64,000 nt of DNA from assembly GCA_027604505.1 (NCBI GenBank), contig JADIIX010000064.1, positions 62,001 to 126,000 on the forward strand. The letters are read 5' to 3'. Source of the DNA: Gonapodya sp. JEL0774 (taxonomy: Eukaryota). Position numbers and translations under genes: made by a program. The notes under the pieces were generated by a model. That model was not told the DNA's origin and ran no database searches. It saw only the letters and a program-made list of their open reading frames with translations. Below are positions 15,773 to 32,421 of this stretch, in pieces (positions within the stretch are counted from its first letter, which is position 1; each line of letters starts with the position of its first letter).

Positions 15773-16664
15773 CTAAGCAATGTGGAGACCAACCTTTTCC
15801 TCATGGTGAATTCCCGAAATCGGTCCAATGCCGGCTGATCTCTGCCCCGCCTCTATTCCGTGAAGCGCTGCCTCGTTGTCGATCCCGAATGCCGCAGCAG
15901 TAAGCGCTGGGTTCATTCTGCCGTGAGTGGTAGCGCTGATTTGATGAATATATCGTTATACGTGCGTGTGAGCCGGTGTTCAGGGAAATACAAATTCTCA
16001 CGCTTCCGCAGCTGGTGCTGCGACCGGTACTGGCTTGGGCCCCACTGGCGCCGGTTGGACGGCTTTCACCGGAGGGATAATAGGTGCCTTCGCTGGTTCG
16101 ATGTGCTGATCTTCCTGCACGCAAGCAATCTGAGTCTTGCGTGATTCACGTCAACTCCACCTTATCTCACCGTAATCGCGGTAGTAGAAGAAGTATCAAC
16201 ATCACGGTGTTTCACAACTCTGTCTGGAGTAGGAGTGCGACGAGATATAGAATCGCACCGTGACTGAAGACCCGACTCTTGTTCGGTGCGAAAAGGCAGA
16301 TTGGATGGAGAACCTGGGCGTCCAAGGTCATGCTGGAACGGCCTGTCGGAACTACTTCTGGCACCGGAATGTTGAGCTTGGGAGGCATAACCGCCAGAAC
16401 CGGAGAAGACCTTCTGTGGGGTGATGAAAATGCGTTATCACCACAACAACAGCACCCACAGCAATGACGACTTTTCACCTTGTCAATACCCGACTCTCCG
16501 TGCACTTCTCTGTACTCGTGCTCTCCGCTGAATGCTGCTCTACCAGCGGACAATCCGCTATCTGGATCTTTGAAAGTGGCGTCCGCGTCAGCGTCGAGCG
16601 TTGAGCCGAGCTCAAGTGTCTCGGGGAAGCTCCCCACTAATCTTTCTTCGCGGATGCCGGACAT
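15773..16664 (-). CDS. Hypothetical low-complexity hydrophilic protein, multi-exon
   Basis: Protein-like exon fragments bounded by GT..AG sites (MSGIREERLVGSFPETLEL...; EDQHIEPAKAPIIPPVKAVQPAP; ...HHEEKVGLHIA*). No family recognised and the exon structure is uncertain. Confidence 0.4.
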
Positions 16665-16911
16665 GTGTAGAAAGTAATATGATAATAGGGGGATCAACTT
16701 GTGTCAAGGTGTTTCGCAAAAATGAAACGCACACGTCAGCATCGACCCAATAAAATGGTGATCAGGAAACCGCGAACAAATGCCCATAACGTAATTGATT
16801 TATAAATATTTCGTACGATAAATAACTAACTTAGTTATAAGCATGCAAAGTAACATGTCCCACGACTGCCAGCAGCCGCGTGGATGAGGACAAACCCTTC
16901 AATTTTCGAAA

Positions 16912-18581
16912 TCACATGAACATAAGTGCCGAAACCATCACAGAGAGGACGAGTCCACCTTTTGCCGCAATTTTGAAACCGCCCGATGTGGGTGGGGTTG
17001 AAGTTGGGAGGTCAACTGTTGGAAGCCCTGTTGTAGCCGCCTGGGCGGCAACTCCGGCAGATGATCTCCCCGTCGTGGTGGAGACTGCAACCCTCGCTGC
17101 TGTCGACTGAGTGAGAGTAGGAACAGGAGCAGGACCGGCAGAGGTAGCTGAGTCTTGGGGTGTACCAACAGATGTTTCCATTGGTGCCAGAGAAGATGTA
17201 GATTCAGGAGCCATCACAGCAACCGGGCTCGAAGATTGCTCGGGAGATGTCGGTGAGAGCGGTGGCGGCGGCGGGCTTGAAGGAGGAACGGGAGAAGCTG
17301 GGGGAGGTGGTGTTGGTTGGTTCGTAGGCGGAGGTGGAGGTGGAGGAGGTGGGACGGAGGGAGGAGGGGGTGGAGGAGTGGACGGGGGTGGAGGCGAAGG
17401 GGGTGGAGTGGGCGGAGGCGACGGCGGCGGTGGAGGGCGTGGGGGCGGGGGTGGGTTGCTAGGCGGTGGGGGAGGAGGCGGTGGGGTTGGTGAACCGCTT
17501 CCGATGACATAAGGAGTTTTGTCGACCCAGTTGCCCGGTGGAGAGTACTGAATAAACGAGCGTGGGAGGCCTCAGACAATCGCACACGGAAGATGTACAT
17601 TTATGAGCTTGATGACTCCAACGCACCTGGCAGACCCAAAAATCCCATCCGGAGCAAGTCTTAAAATGCGATTATAGTCAAGCAAGTGAGTTGAAACATT
17701 CTACTGTACTGGAAGCCCGACTACTCACAGCCACACCACATCCAAGCTGGGTGGTAGTCTCCCATATCATCTGAGTATAGTGGCCAACTTTCCCGAAGTC
17801 GTTGCCATAACCACCAATTGTGGTCGTGGGGTTAAAGCTTGAGACAGTCGTACCGTGATTAGAAAGTGGAAGGGTGAAAACTTTCCCGAAATGAGTACTT
17901 ACTATTGCTTCTCGCTCGCCCATCCATTCACAGCCTGTTTTTAAGAACGACAATTCAAGGCGCGTCTCATTCAGCAATGTCGTCCTTTAAGGTGCTTACA
18001 TCAATCGCCTTGTATGCCCCGGCTGACCCCCAGAACAAGTTTTCGCCAACTCCTGAAGTGCCACTGTGGTGAAAAGTCCCACCAGAGCTGCACGAAATAT
18101 GTCAGCTAAACGATAGAGCTACTGGAGCTTTCAGATATAACGTACTAAGGGCAGCTCTAAAGAGAGACACCCAGAGTTTTAGAACGGGCGCCAAATTGAC
18201 GAGACAAGAAACACCCACTGAAGCGTAATTCTGCGCGGACGATGCGACAGAAGAACTCCCTAAGCACGAATAGATTTATGGTACGGTATTCGTAAGATGG
18301 TCTTTTCGATGTACCCTTGTTACCGCTCCCGAAACTCACAAGTCAATCCCGGGATTGGGTTCAGTGGAGGGGGATTGTTGGACGATGCATCGGCGCGAAC
18401 CTGAAGCGATGTTATAGCAGCGTGATAGGTTAGCTTCAGGAATGGTTCGGAGCATTTTATGTCCTCTAGAGACACTCACCGCGTTGTGTCCATCGACGAG
18501 CGAGTTGATTTGATCCTGAGTCAGAGACAGCGCACTCCCGCAAAAGGTGAGCGCTGTTCCAAGAGCAATAAGGCCAAGCAT
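16912..18581 (-). CDS. Secreted CAP/SCP/PR-1 (Pry-like) protein with poly-Pro and Ser/Thr-rich stalk and a putative GPI signal
   Basis: Signal peptide MLGLIALGTALTFCGSALS, then HNAVRA, GENLFWG, GHYTQMIWETTTQLGCG and YSPPGN; hydrophobic C-terminus GGLVLSVMVSALMFM*. Confidence 0.9.
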
Positions 18582-19124
18582 CGTGGCCCACTATAAATAG
18601 TCCCAATATGTGGGGTGATTACTTTTTTTGGATGAAAGCCTGGGGGGCGTTTTTGCCCGCAAAGTTTCGCCCTGTTTCGCCGCAACCCATCATCAGTGCA
18701 ATACCGAACCTTGAAACGCCACCGGACCCTTTCGCCACGCCGCTGTTATTTTCCTGCTCCATCAAGCTGAAGCCATATTCATACTTGCGAATCCGAAGAT
18801 ACTCAAAGTCTGTGATAAGACCGTTGTTTGACATGACGCTCATGTTCCTCATTTGCCTTGTGAACGATGATTCACGTTGTTCTCAATGGTAGTAGAAGTT
18901 TATTTCATAATTCATTTTCAGCGCCAGCGCCGGTAATAAACCACTACTAATGCTCACAGTTTTGTTAAATAAGTTATCTAAAGAGATGGCATTCGTCATT
19001 CATAATCAAGTCGTATTTCAAGTTGCATCCAAATTAGTATCAGAGGGGAAAGTGCATCCACTTCCCTGGAGCATGAGGTTCACTGAGTGTGAACCCAGCA
19101 TCAACCTATGCAACTGCAAAAGCA

Positions 19125-21712
19125 CTAGTTGGCGTCAGCCCTGGGACCGCGAGTACGCCTTGGGCGGCGCGTCTTCGTAGTCGTGGATGGCTGGACTGGC
19201 GCAGATTGACCAATTGGCGGTTTCGCAGTAGTGGGAGACGGCGCTGGAGCCGACGTAGCGGCAGCTGGGACTGGAACTGGAGCCGCTTGCGGGGAGGGGC
19301 TGGGTGACGGCACGACAGCCGCAGACGACGAAGGGGTACCAGCTGGCGCTGCACTTGTCGCAGGGGGCGAGGGCGCAGGAGGCGAAAGTGATGGTGGTGG
19401 TGGCGGCGGCGTTGAAGGAGGGCTTGCTGGAGGCGTTAGGGACGTCGCGCTACCGATTTTATAAGGAGTTTGGTCGTAGTAGTTGCCCGGCGGTGAGTAC
19501 TGAGTACGTGTGAAAGTATCAGTGAGATAGCTGTCACAATACACGCCGGCCTCGAAGTGAGAGGCTATTAACTCACTTGGCAAACCCAGAAATCCCAACC
19601 CGAGCACGTCTGTTTATACGAAAGAGTATTGAGTGAGCTCAGACATACTTTCTTTTGTTCTTTATCATCATTTGACACATACCGCCACACCGCACCCAAC
19701 CTGGGTGGTGGTTTCCCAGATAATTTGCGTGTAGTGACCAACTTTTGCAAAGTCGTTGCCATAAGCCCGAATTGTGTTGGTTGGGACAAAGCTTTGAAGG
19801 AGAAGTAAATTTATTGCACTGAACGAGCGAACACGTACAGTCAAGCTGACTCACTATGCTTTTTCATCTGCCCAATACTTGACGGACTATCAGGCGGAGG
19901 GGGGACGTCAACTCTCATGTTGCGTCAGAACAATCCTCCCACGAAAATGCTTACATCAGCAGCTTTGTAGAATCCAGTTGTTCCCCAGAAGAGATTTTCT
20001 CCCACTCCCGAAGTGCCGCTGTGGCTAAATGTTCCACCAGAGCTGTGGCAAATAGTTTTAGTTACCAGACAGATGTTATGATTTTTCACAACTGAACGCA
20101 CTATGGGCAGCTCTGTGGAACATGAGAATGCGGTCAGACGGGGAATTTCATTAGTTGACAGCCAAACTGTCGTGCTCACCGAAGCATAATTCTGGGCAGA
20201 CGTGGCAAGTTGGGTGCTCCCTATGGTGGTGTGTGGTGAATGGGTTAGGGCTTGTTGATAAGGCTGTCGAATCTATACTCACAGGACAGTGCAGAAAGAG
20301 CCTTCAGCGGAGGGGGATTGTTGGTTGATGCATCGACGCGGACCTAGAGTTTATTTCCACGACGAACCATGAGCTCAAGGTGTGACACAAGGTGGTATAA
20401 CGATCCCCCACTTACCGCGTTGTGTCGAGCGATGAGAGTGTCGATGTCACTCTGCGGCAAAGTTGCCGTGGCAGGAGAAGATGCGGGTGGGGAAGGGGAC
20501 ACAGGGGGTGATGGAGCGGGAGGGGCGGGAGGGGAAGGAGGGGGAGGGGGAGGGGAAGGTGGTGGTGGTGGTGGAGGAGGTGGTGGTGGTGGAGGAGGAG
20601 GGACAGTGGGCGGAGGAGCGCTTGTGGGTGGTGGTGTGGAGGTCGTGCTCCCGAGTTTGTACGGAGTTTGGTCGTAGTAGTTGCCTGGTGGTGAGTACTA
20701 ACCACGGGCGAGAGTTTCAGTGGGGTGGCACTATTACACATCACTGCAGTTTTCAATGATGGTTATTAAGCTCACTTGGCACACCCAGAAATCCCATCCC
20801 GAGCACGTCTATTTTGTGAGAGGGGTACCCAGTGAGCTCACGCACACACTTTTATTTTCTTATCGTCCTTGGAACACATACCGCAACACCGCACCCAACC
20901 TGGGTGGTGGTTTCCCAGATGATTTGCGTGTAGTGACCAACTTTCGCAAAGTCGTTGCCATAAGCCTGGATAGTCTTTGAAGGGACAAAGCTTTGAAGGA
21001 GAAGTAATTTGATATATCTGTACGTTGAACTGTGTACAGCGGAGCTGACTCACTATGCCTTTTCATCTGCCCAGTACTTGACGGACTATCAGGGGTCAAT
21101 GTGTCAACTCTGGTATTCGATCAGATAAATCCTTGATCGAGAATGCTCACGTCGGCAGCTTTATAGAATCCAGTTGTTCCCCAGAAGAGATTCTCCCCTA
21201 CTCCCGAAGTTCCGCTGTGGCTAAATGTTCCACCAGAGCTGCGAAGAATTCTGCTAGTTAGACGGATGTCACGATTTCTGTAGCAGATGCACGCACTATG
21301 GACAACTCTGCGGAATATCAGGAGGTCGTTAGAATGTCCATCACGAGGCAACCGAAAAATAGCGCTCACCGATGCGTAGTTCTGGGCAGACGTAGCAAGT
21401 TGTGTGCTCCCTGTGGTGGGTTATGGTGAAACGGTAAGGTTTTGGATGATTTGGCTTTCGAATCTGTGCTCACATGTGAGCGGAGCCAGAGCATTGAGCG
21501 GAGGGGGATTGTTGGTCGATGCATCAGCACGGACCTGAAAGTTCGTTTCCGCGGGAATCGATGAGCTCAAGGTCCGATGCGAGTCGATATTGAGATGCCC
21601 CGCTTACCGCATTGTGTCTGGCAACTAGAGTGTCAATATCAGTCTGGGGTATAGCGTTGGAAAGACTCGCGCAAAAGGACAGCAGCGTTCCAAGTGCTAG
21701 AGTACCGAGCAT
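19125..21712 (-). CDS. Secreted protein with two tandem CAP/PR-1 domains, each followed by a Pro-rich region
   Basis: Signal peptide, CAP1, then an in-frame exon [37 protein letters not shown] leading into CAP2. Both domains have GENLFWG and [17 protein letters not shown]. Confidence 0.88.
19460..21650 (-). repeat. Tandem segmental duplication (~1.0-1.2 kb unit) of CAP exons plus introns
   Basis: Near-identical exons and similar introns, e.g. 19780-19890 versus 20980-21090. Confidence 0.85.
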
Positions 21713-22625
21713 TATTTGTCCCAGACTTGCCGGTGAACGTGGTAACTAACTTTCTTAGGTGCGGCGTGGAATTCGTTTTGCAAAAGCCCTTGCAAGCCCT
21801 TGCCGCCGGCTTTTCATATTTTGTGTCCTCGAGGACTGAGGATGACCCAGGTATTGTATATATCTGTTCGTCACAAAAGAAAAGAAAACTCGAAACTTTT
21901 GTTCCACTTATTTACTTTGATGCCACTGCTGCTTGCAATGTAGGATCCCGTCACAAGTTGAGCACAATTCGACACTTCTTTGGTTGACTCCCGCCAAGCT
22001 GAAGGGGTTGGTCCCTGCGCCGCCACAGCAAAGCGGTCAAAGCACACAAATAATTATCCAAAGCTCCAACAAACGTGCAATTCGAGAGATGAGAGCCTGT
22101 TATGGAAGTACCTTGTCTGTCATGCGATAATAGCTATGCATTTCTTTACTCCTTAGTGAACAAGCTCGTGTACCATATCAAGAGCATCCTAGGTCTCGGG
22201 AACTGGGCTGTTCAAAGAGAATGTCAAATTTCAGAGAAAGCGCAATACCGCAGGAGCGGTACGGCTCTCCTCTGTGTGAAAATACTATTGAAGTATGCAA
22301 GCGCTGGACACGCATCTACTGGGGTTTTAAGCATAAATCAGAGTGGTTGTAGTTCGCATATGGAGTGACACCCATCCTTTAGTAGCTCTTCATATGCTTC
22401 AATACGGATTCCCCAGAGTCCATTTAGTGTTGTCTTCTTAGGTTAGCCAAGAGAGTTGGACAGCCCTCATACCTCCACTGACCACCATTGCTCCCGCCGT
22501 TTCGAGCTGTGAGGTCAGAGGCCGCTGTGCAGCAATCGCTCTGACCTTGCATTCTGGTAAAGATACCCCTCATTCTCGACGTGGGCTGAGTGTTCTCCTC
22601 CCCTTTCTTTTCCCACCTCCTGGCA

Positions 22626-25653
<3,028 letters not shown>

Positions 25654-25980
25654 GTCCAAGGGGGTCTCAATGGGACGCCGGCGTGAAGTGAGTGGCTCCT
25701 CCATATCTCTAAGAGCCTCCCCTTACGTTTCTCTTCACCACGTTGCCACTCAAACGACCATTCACGAACGTGAAGGTATGAATGGCCCACATGAGTTGTT
25801 TCGTGAGGCTTCGAGACATCCACGGACCATGAAGAGGTGAGCTCCGTGCAGGCTCCGCAGGGTCGCAATTACGACATGGACAGACAGGAGAAGGAGTAGT
25901 GGTGACCAGCCTTCAGTTCGAATGGAGGAAAAAGCAATTCCAAAAATGATTTGTCCTCATTGTAAATCAATATTACAAAT

Positions 25981-28900
25981 TCAATCGTCCTCCGATATGG
26001 CTCCACCGCTCTGGATCACCCTCGAAAGTTTGTCAGGTGCACCGCTGGGTGGTATCATATGCATGAGACTGACAATCGACTCCATTTCTTGTACCCTTCT
26101 TCTAATCAACGAGCGGAAGTTGAAAGTGTAGATACCGCTGATAGAGATTACGGCAGCAGAAAAGAGCGCTATGGCGATTAACAGTGCCTGATTGTTTCCT
26201 TGTGGTAAAAACTCCTGCAATATAAGATTATCAACCACCAAGAGAGCTTTCACAATATCTTTTTGGATGCTCTCCATGTAGAGAATATGAGGGTCCTGGA
26301 AATTTCGGGTTGCTGCTAGTGCATTCACAACCATGAATTCTCGACCCTGCAAACGTTGACGAGAAGTAAGTAGTAAGAACAACCTGCTTTTTGGCGTTCT
26401 AAACAACCCACGGCACGAATGTAGTCATTGATCTGTTGATCAACCGGCGCAGTGACTGAATCGTATGTGATTCCATAGGAACTATTGTACTCTCGAATGG
26501 CAGGGTCGCAGACGGTTTTACACCTGTTTGGTTGGACAGTCGTATCAAACTGTCCTGTCAGGGGAGGCACGTTGGTTCCAGGGTTTGCCGTCATAAAAAC
26601 TTACCCGGGCTCTGTTAAAATATGTCGAATGATTTCGATGCTAGATGTGGGTGTTATCTCCCGCTCTCCGTGCCCGGAGATAGCATTATCATGTAAAGCT
26701 TGGTACTTGTCCAGACTGTGTTTCCATCGTTACAGGGAGCCGCACAATAGAGACGTGAACGAAACTCACTACGTTTCCATGTACATTTCTGGTCTTCCTG
26801 GAAGCCACGTCGTATTATCTTGAACGATTGTCGCGCGTGAGGTTGGCTACCAATGGCGTGGAGGCAATGCCAAACTTACCACCTAGCAGAACTTCATACC
26901 CGAGAGTTCTTGTTATCCGAACGAAATACTTTCGTCCGCCAGTGTAATTTACCAGGGAGACGTAGGTGAGATTGATCGGCAGTCGAATTATCAAGGGAAC
27001 AAGTATGGCGCATGCAAACGCTCCCACTACGACAAGAGATAATGCAACATTGATCGCTTCATTAAGACGATGACCAACACGAGTGCCGTCCTGTAAGGGT
27101 TTTGATTATTTTCAGTCGCATTGTCGAAGCATAATGGCAATATCCTCAATAATAACCTGTCTCGTTGAAGATGTCAACTTTGTTTCCAATCCATCCTGTG
27201 TCAAGAATTCAAGTTGCTCGTCGATGATTAAAAGTATTTCATCAATGGTCTTCTTGGGGATTGCCTGGAGATGCTTCAAGTATCTCAGTTGGATAGTGCG
27301 GACTTCAGTGAGCAGCGGGTAAAACACAAATATCGCAAGGGAGATAACGATAGCCAACTGAAGGAAGAGAATGACCTGAAAGATACTTGATGAGCCATTT
27401 TACGGCATATAACCCATCGAAATGAGGTTTCTCACCCAGAGCAGCGTCAGTTCGCTTTGCACCTTTTCACTGAAGTCAGCTTCTCCTCCATCACAAACAG
27501 CTGCAAGACGCAGAATGGATTGGGCATTCAATTGAATATTGAAGATTCACATTCATCTACCTTTCAAGCTCTCCCCTATGATCAGAAGACTATCGCAGAA
27601 AAAACGGAACGCGGTTCAACCGTTTGTGAGTACACATTGCAACAGAATCGCACGCACTTGTCAAGTAAAAATCTCAATCTTTTGTCGATAGTAGGTGGAT
27701 ACATCTGGAAAAACGTCATGTCTTCCGCCAGCAATCCCCTAGCGTACTCATTTACTGCGCTTGCCAACTGGTACTGGTTCATTAAAACAGTTCTCGGTTG
27801 AGCCGCAGATATGGTTGTTTTTATTTTGTCTGAGAACGACGCATAGAGTTGGCTTTGGAGAAAGACAGCAGAATTACTGAAATAAATCCTACCATAGAGC
27901 GTCACCTCGACGGTACCCGTTTTCATGGTGGCTCTGTCAACGAGATATGGCAAGCTGACCTACGAGAAAAATAAGAAATTCAGGAGAGTTTCCGATCTGA
28001 CTCATAATGCGAGGTCTCTCACATTGCCCACAAAATTGTTGTTGGTGGCAAGCTCCGATTTCCACCTCTCATAACTATCACGATCGCCTATGCTTCCAAA
28101 GTAGGCCATCAGGCGAGCAGTTTGCGACACGGCAACTCCCATCCGTCCAATCTCTGTTGTGGTAAGAAAAGAGTTTACGTCGTTTCCAACTGAGGGAAAT
28201 GTTTGGTTGCTTAGAATCCATTTGTTGTCGTAGCAACATCGAGCTGACGTACCAGAAGTGAATACTTCAGCTGCATAACCCATTGCAAAAGTCGCGAGTA
28301 AGAGAGAAAGTACGACAAGAAATTGAAGTCTTCTATTGAATACTTGAGGAGCCCGGACTAGTCGCTCCACGAATTCGTTCCGCATAGCTCGGGCACGGCG
28401 AGCCTCACGACTTTCACTTGTCTGAGAAGATCCCCCATGTGAGCTGGCAGATTTCCGAAACACAGTTGTGAATTGCTGCCCGCTCAAGAGTTGGACAGAT
28501 GACTTGCTGTCATTTGCACCACCATTTTCGTTTCCTTCATTTCCGATGTCGTGCTGGGTTTCAGATTCATCTATGGCTTCGAGAGATGAAGTATCTTCTT
28601 TATCCATTGATGGTTTGGCATTCATCGAAGATGGTCGGTGAGACGGAAGGGTAACATCATCCGTACTGTCCTCGGAATCTTCAAGTTCTGTGGTGGTAGT
28701 TGTCACGCCGTGAAGCACGTTAGTGAGAATACTTGTTGGACACTTAGAGAAGATGAATTGTCGCAACAAACCTTCTGCGTTGGTGAGGAGACGCCGGTAT
28801 TCTTCCATGTCTGCCAGAACTGGTGGAGGAGCGATGGTGATATAGGCTCAACAGATCGACTTTGTCACCAGCTTACCGGTACCGCTAAACTGAGCGTATA

Positions 28901-31900
28901 GTCTCATCATATTCTTGAATTTCCAGAAGAAAATGTTCAGATACAAAAGGTACCACTGCAAGATCTCAAGGACGCCGTACCTTGGATTTCGGAAACCGCG
29001 AAATGAGGCTAACATAATTGTCCCTGGTATCCAAGCTGATCGTCAGACACACGGTACTTAGAGCGCCAGCACATGTCCCCCCACTCGCCTGGCTTTCCCA
29101 GTCGCGTCAGCGATGAACCTGAGATAATTCGGATACGCCATATAGTCTCTTGTTGTGGAGCCACGGCGTACACACGTCCAGAACGCTTTTAATTCAGCTA
29201 GGCTCGCAATGTGCTGATTAATTCACGATGGTGGAGTACCGACTTTGAAAACTTAAACATTCGGAGCTGCAGAGCGATTGCATTCCTCACATAAGTTTTG
29301 GCAAAGGTTTCAGAAGAGAGTACTTCGACGTAGCTTGAGATGTTAAGCTCGCTGTTTTGTACTTCTTTGCTCTGTGCCAAAGAACGCCGGATAAGGTGTT
29401 CCAATTGTTGGAAGTGCCACCCGACAGCAGAGAAGTGACGTACCTTTCTCGACTGCTCGATCAATTTTTCACAGAAAAATGCCATGAAACGGACATCAAA
29501 TGCCACAGACATGCAGGAGATTTTTGCGAGAAGGGACTCCGCCTTCTCGGCATTGGTTTCATCTGGGCGTAGAAGCATGGTCGTTTCCGTCGACAACGAA
29601 AGCAGATAAAGCGCTGCGGTGATATGAACATATCCGTCCTACAAACAGGCGGGACATCATTTTCAGAACTGAGAGGGGGCCAAAAGCGTGATCCTCACCT
29701 TTGGATATTGAAGAAATGATGCCTAGCATACAGCGATAAGTCAATTCATTGCCAAAGAGCGAAGGATAACAAAAGAAATTCAACACACCTCAAAAATCTC
29801 TCGCATCAGAATAAGTGCATTGGGATTGTCCGAATCTCTGATGAAACGGCACGCCATCTGTGGAAGTTCTCATAAACTTTCACGCACGTGCCCACTTGTA
29901 GCAAACGCGATCTCACCTCAACTTCATGAGGAGATCTAAAAACTGGAGGTTCTTTCTTTGTCTTTTCACTCGTCAATTGCATTATGCTGTGTTGCAAAGC
30001 ACAACGTTCAAATTAAAGTAGGTCCTTTCTTTCCGTTACCGCCTCTGTATGCACTCACTTTGTTCCGATTTCGTCCAGGATCCGCGGTGTCTGACTCTCA
30101 ATAATACTCACTCGCCGACCACCTTTGGAATAGCTCCTTTCTACGCCAGCAAAGCTCGACATTCCGGTTTTAGTTCTCATATCCTTGATCTTCTCTTGAA
30201 ACAGAAGGTAGATGCGATGAGTGATCCTGTTTCTGACATATCGGCTGATCAAGGCGCCCGTGACAAGACTTGGAATCAGCACTACGACGAGAGCGATAAA
30301 AGGAGCCAGCGAATCGTTCAATGTGGTGACGTAGACTTCTGAAAGCAGAGAGACAATACTCTTGCCATCCAACAAGGGAGGATGGTTAGTTTGCCTTAAA
30401 TTAGGATGATCTGGACACGAACGTGGGTACTCACCGACACCAAAGCTGCTACAAAGAACCCAGTTCTCATCGATTGAAGTGTCTGATCGTGAAAGGGTTG
30501 CTTTTCGATGGACTCTTTGGTGAGAATCTGTCAAGCGGTTGTGAAACACGAATGACGTTGTAAATCCAACGCATGCACACACGGACCAGCATGAGCGCGA
30601 GAAACAGCCCGAGCTTCGTGGTGGTAGGAACCGGGAATTCCCACAAAGCTACTGTGATGATTTTGATCACCACGTAGAGGAGATCGATTCTCCCGTTAGC
30701 TCGAGTGAGAGGATTTTTAGGTGACCTTGGATTGCCGTCCACGTAAACAAGGGCTGCAGAATCATTTGGACGATGAGCACACAACCATCATAAGCCATAA
30801 TACGATCATTGGAGCTTACACATTAGCAGGATGTACGGTATGAAGAGAGCAAGACCGAGGACTTCGAGGATTCATTCGCATCGAAGTGGTTGGTCATCGG
30901 GAGGAGGAGTCAATGAAAATGCAACTCACTAGCTAATACAAAAGGGACAATGTGTTGAGCTGAGGAATAACACAAAACCTCAGGGTACATTGAAAGCGCC
31001 CCGTTTTCACAATGGAGGACCCCGAGAAAGACCTCTGTGATGGCTGGATAGGGCAGAGCCGAACGATCGATGTCAATAACTCACACCTGTACGTGCATCG
31101 CAGTAGAGTACTCACGGATATTCAGTACACCGACTAGACGAATTGAAGGAATCGACGTGGCAATCAGTGTTTTGGCACCTTTCACAGAACAGCAGATAAA
31201 CCGACTCCCACCTGCAAGGAGTGTACCAAACCTCAGTAAAATTAGCGGCCACAGAAACTTAAACTTTCCTTGATCGAAGGAGAAGGCACAGAAGAATATT
31301 GTTCCGACGAGACAGGCGACCAAGGCCCACGCGCCAGCGAAAATGCCCAAAAAGCCTGAAAAGGATGCTGGCCGGAGAGCCAAAGGATTCCAGATATATG
31401 GAATCCACGAAGGCATCCCGGAGAAGCTTTTCAGAAAGCAGTGGAGTTGAATAGGATGAAGGTTGGACATCAATCCCTACGTTCGAAACGAGTTGCAGGG
31501 CAAACCAAAACCTCACGTGTGACCAGGACGCCAACAAAAATAGAGAAGTTGCACATCTTCAAATATTAACAAAGGGAAGGCGAGACTCTCCGGTACTTCG
31601 TTGCCTACGAGAGGATATGAGTAACAAGGAACGAATCTCATCCATGGGTGACGGGACGCATACCAGAAACCATGCTATTAAGCACCGAGAACAGCGTTTG
31701 TTCGAATCTGGAGCGCTTTGGTATGGCTGCCTGATATTACATAAACAACCAATGAACCTCGGTTGGGATTCAATCATTCCATGGAGGTCGCGACTGACTT
31801 CTCTGTCAGCTTTCTTGCGCAATTTATTAGCTTGGCGCTTGGCGCTGCTCCCGTTGTTGTATGGGCCCGGTAGTTCTGAGTCGTTCATCAGAGTGTGCCG

Positions 31901-31966
31901 ATGATAATCCAAATGCGGACTCTGGCGGGGCGACAGGGAGCTCATATCTTCTGTATCGTTCGCCAT
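25981..31966 (-). CDS. TmcB/TmcC-like multi-pass membrane protein, paralog 2 (appears complete), multi-exon
   Basis: Collinear with paralog 1 (ALVYVDGNPRSPKNPLTRANGRIDLLY; SASSHGGSSQTSESREARRAR; FLTTTEIGR). It ends with a TM helix plus EMESIVSLMHMIPP...SEDD*. Confidence 0.72.
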
Positions 31967-32421
31967 CCCTTGCAGCAGTTGATAGACTGGATAGTCGGGG
32001 TAGGGGGGGGTGTGACGGTTCTCTGGAGTTCACTAAGACCCGACGGTTCAGGACTGTTCGGGTTGAACCCTTGAGCAGGTTCCCAGGCTGGCACCCCTTG
32101 AGGCTGTAACACAAAGAACACGGCACTGATCAAAATGCATGGTGTCTCGAATCTTTCCATCCAAAACCCGAACGCATCGTCAGAGTTAAAACGCAAAAGT
32201 CCTTCTGAACTGTGGGAGAAAGATATCAGTCAGTTCTTACATATCTTATTTGCAAACGCAGTATCTAATTCCACGCCTCTTACGATATACATTTTGTGGA
32301 CAATTGAAGAACTTCCTCTTCTGAAGACCGGAAGAGCGGACAGGATCCTGCTTTGCTCCGCTTTTTCTCCTCTCCACGTTTAGTCGAATCCGTTTGATTT
32401 ATCTTTCCTTCAAACCGCGCG

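Noticed and set aside
16435..16480. Cys cluster HCCGCCCCG in ORF 16212..16697 (metallothionein- or palmitoylation-like)
   Set aside because: It lies between a GTGAAA donor and a CCACAG acceptor, so it is probably intronic TG-rich sequence.
17111..17512. Gly-rich plus-strand ORFs (also 19231-19464 and 20369-20677)
   Set aside because: These are antisense shadows of the poly-Pro exons of the CAP genes.
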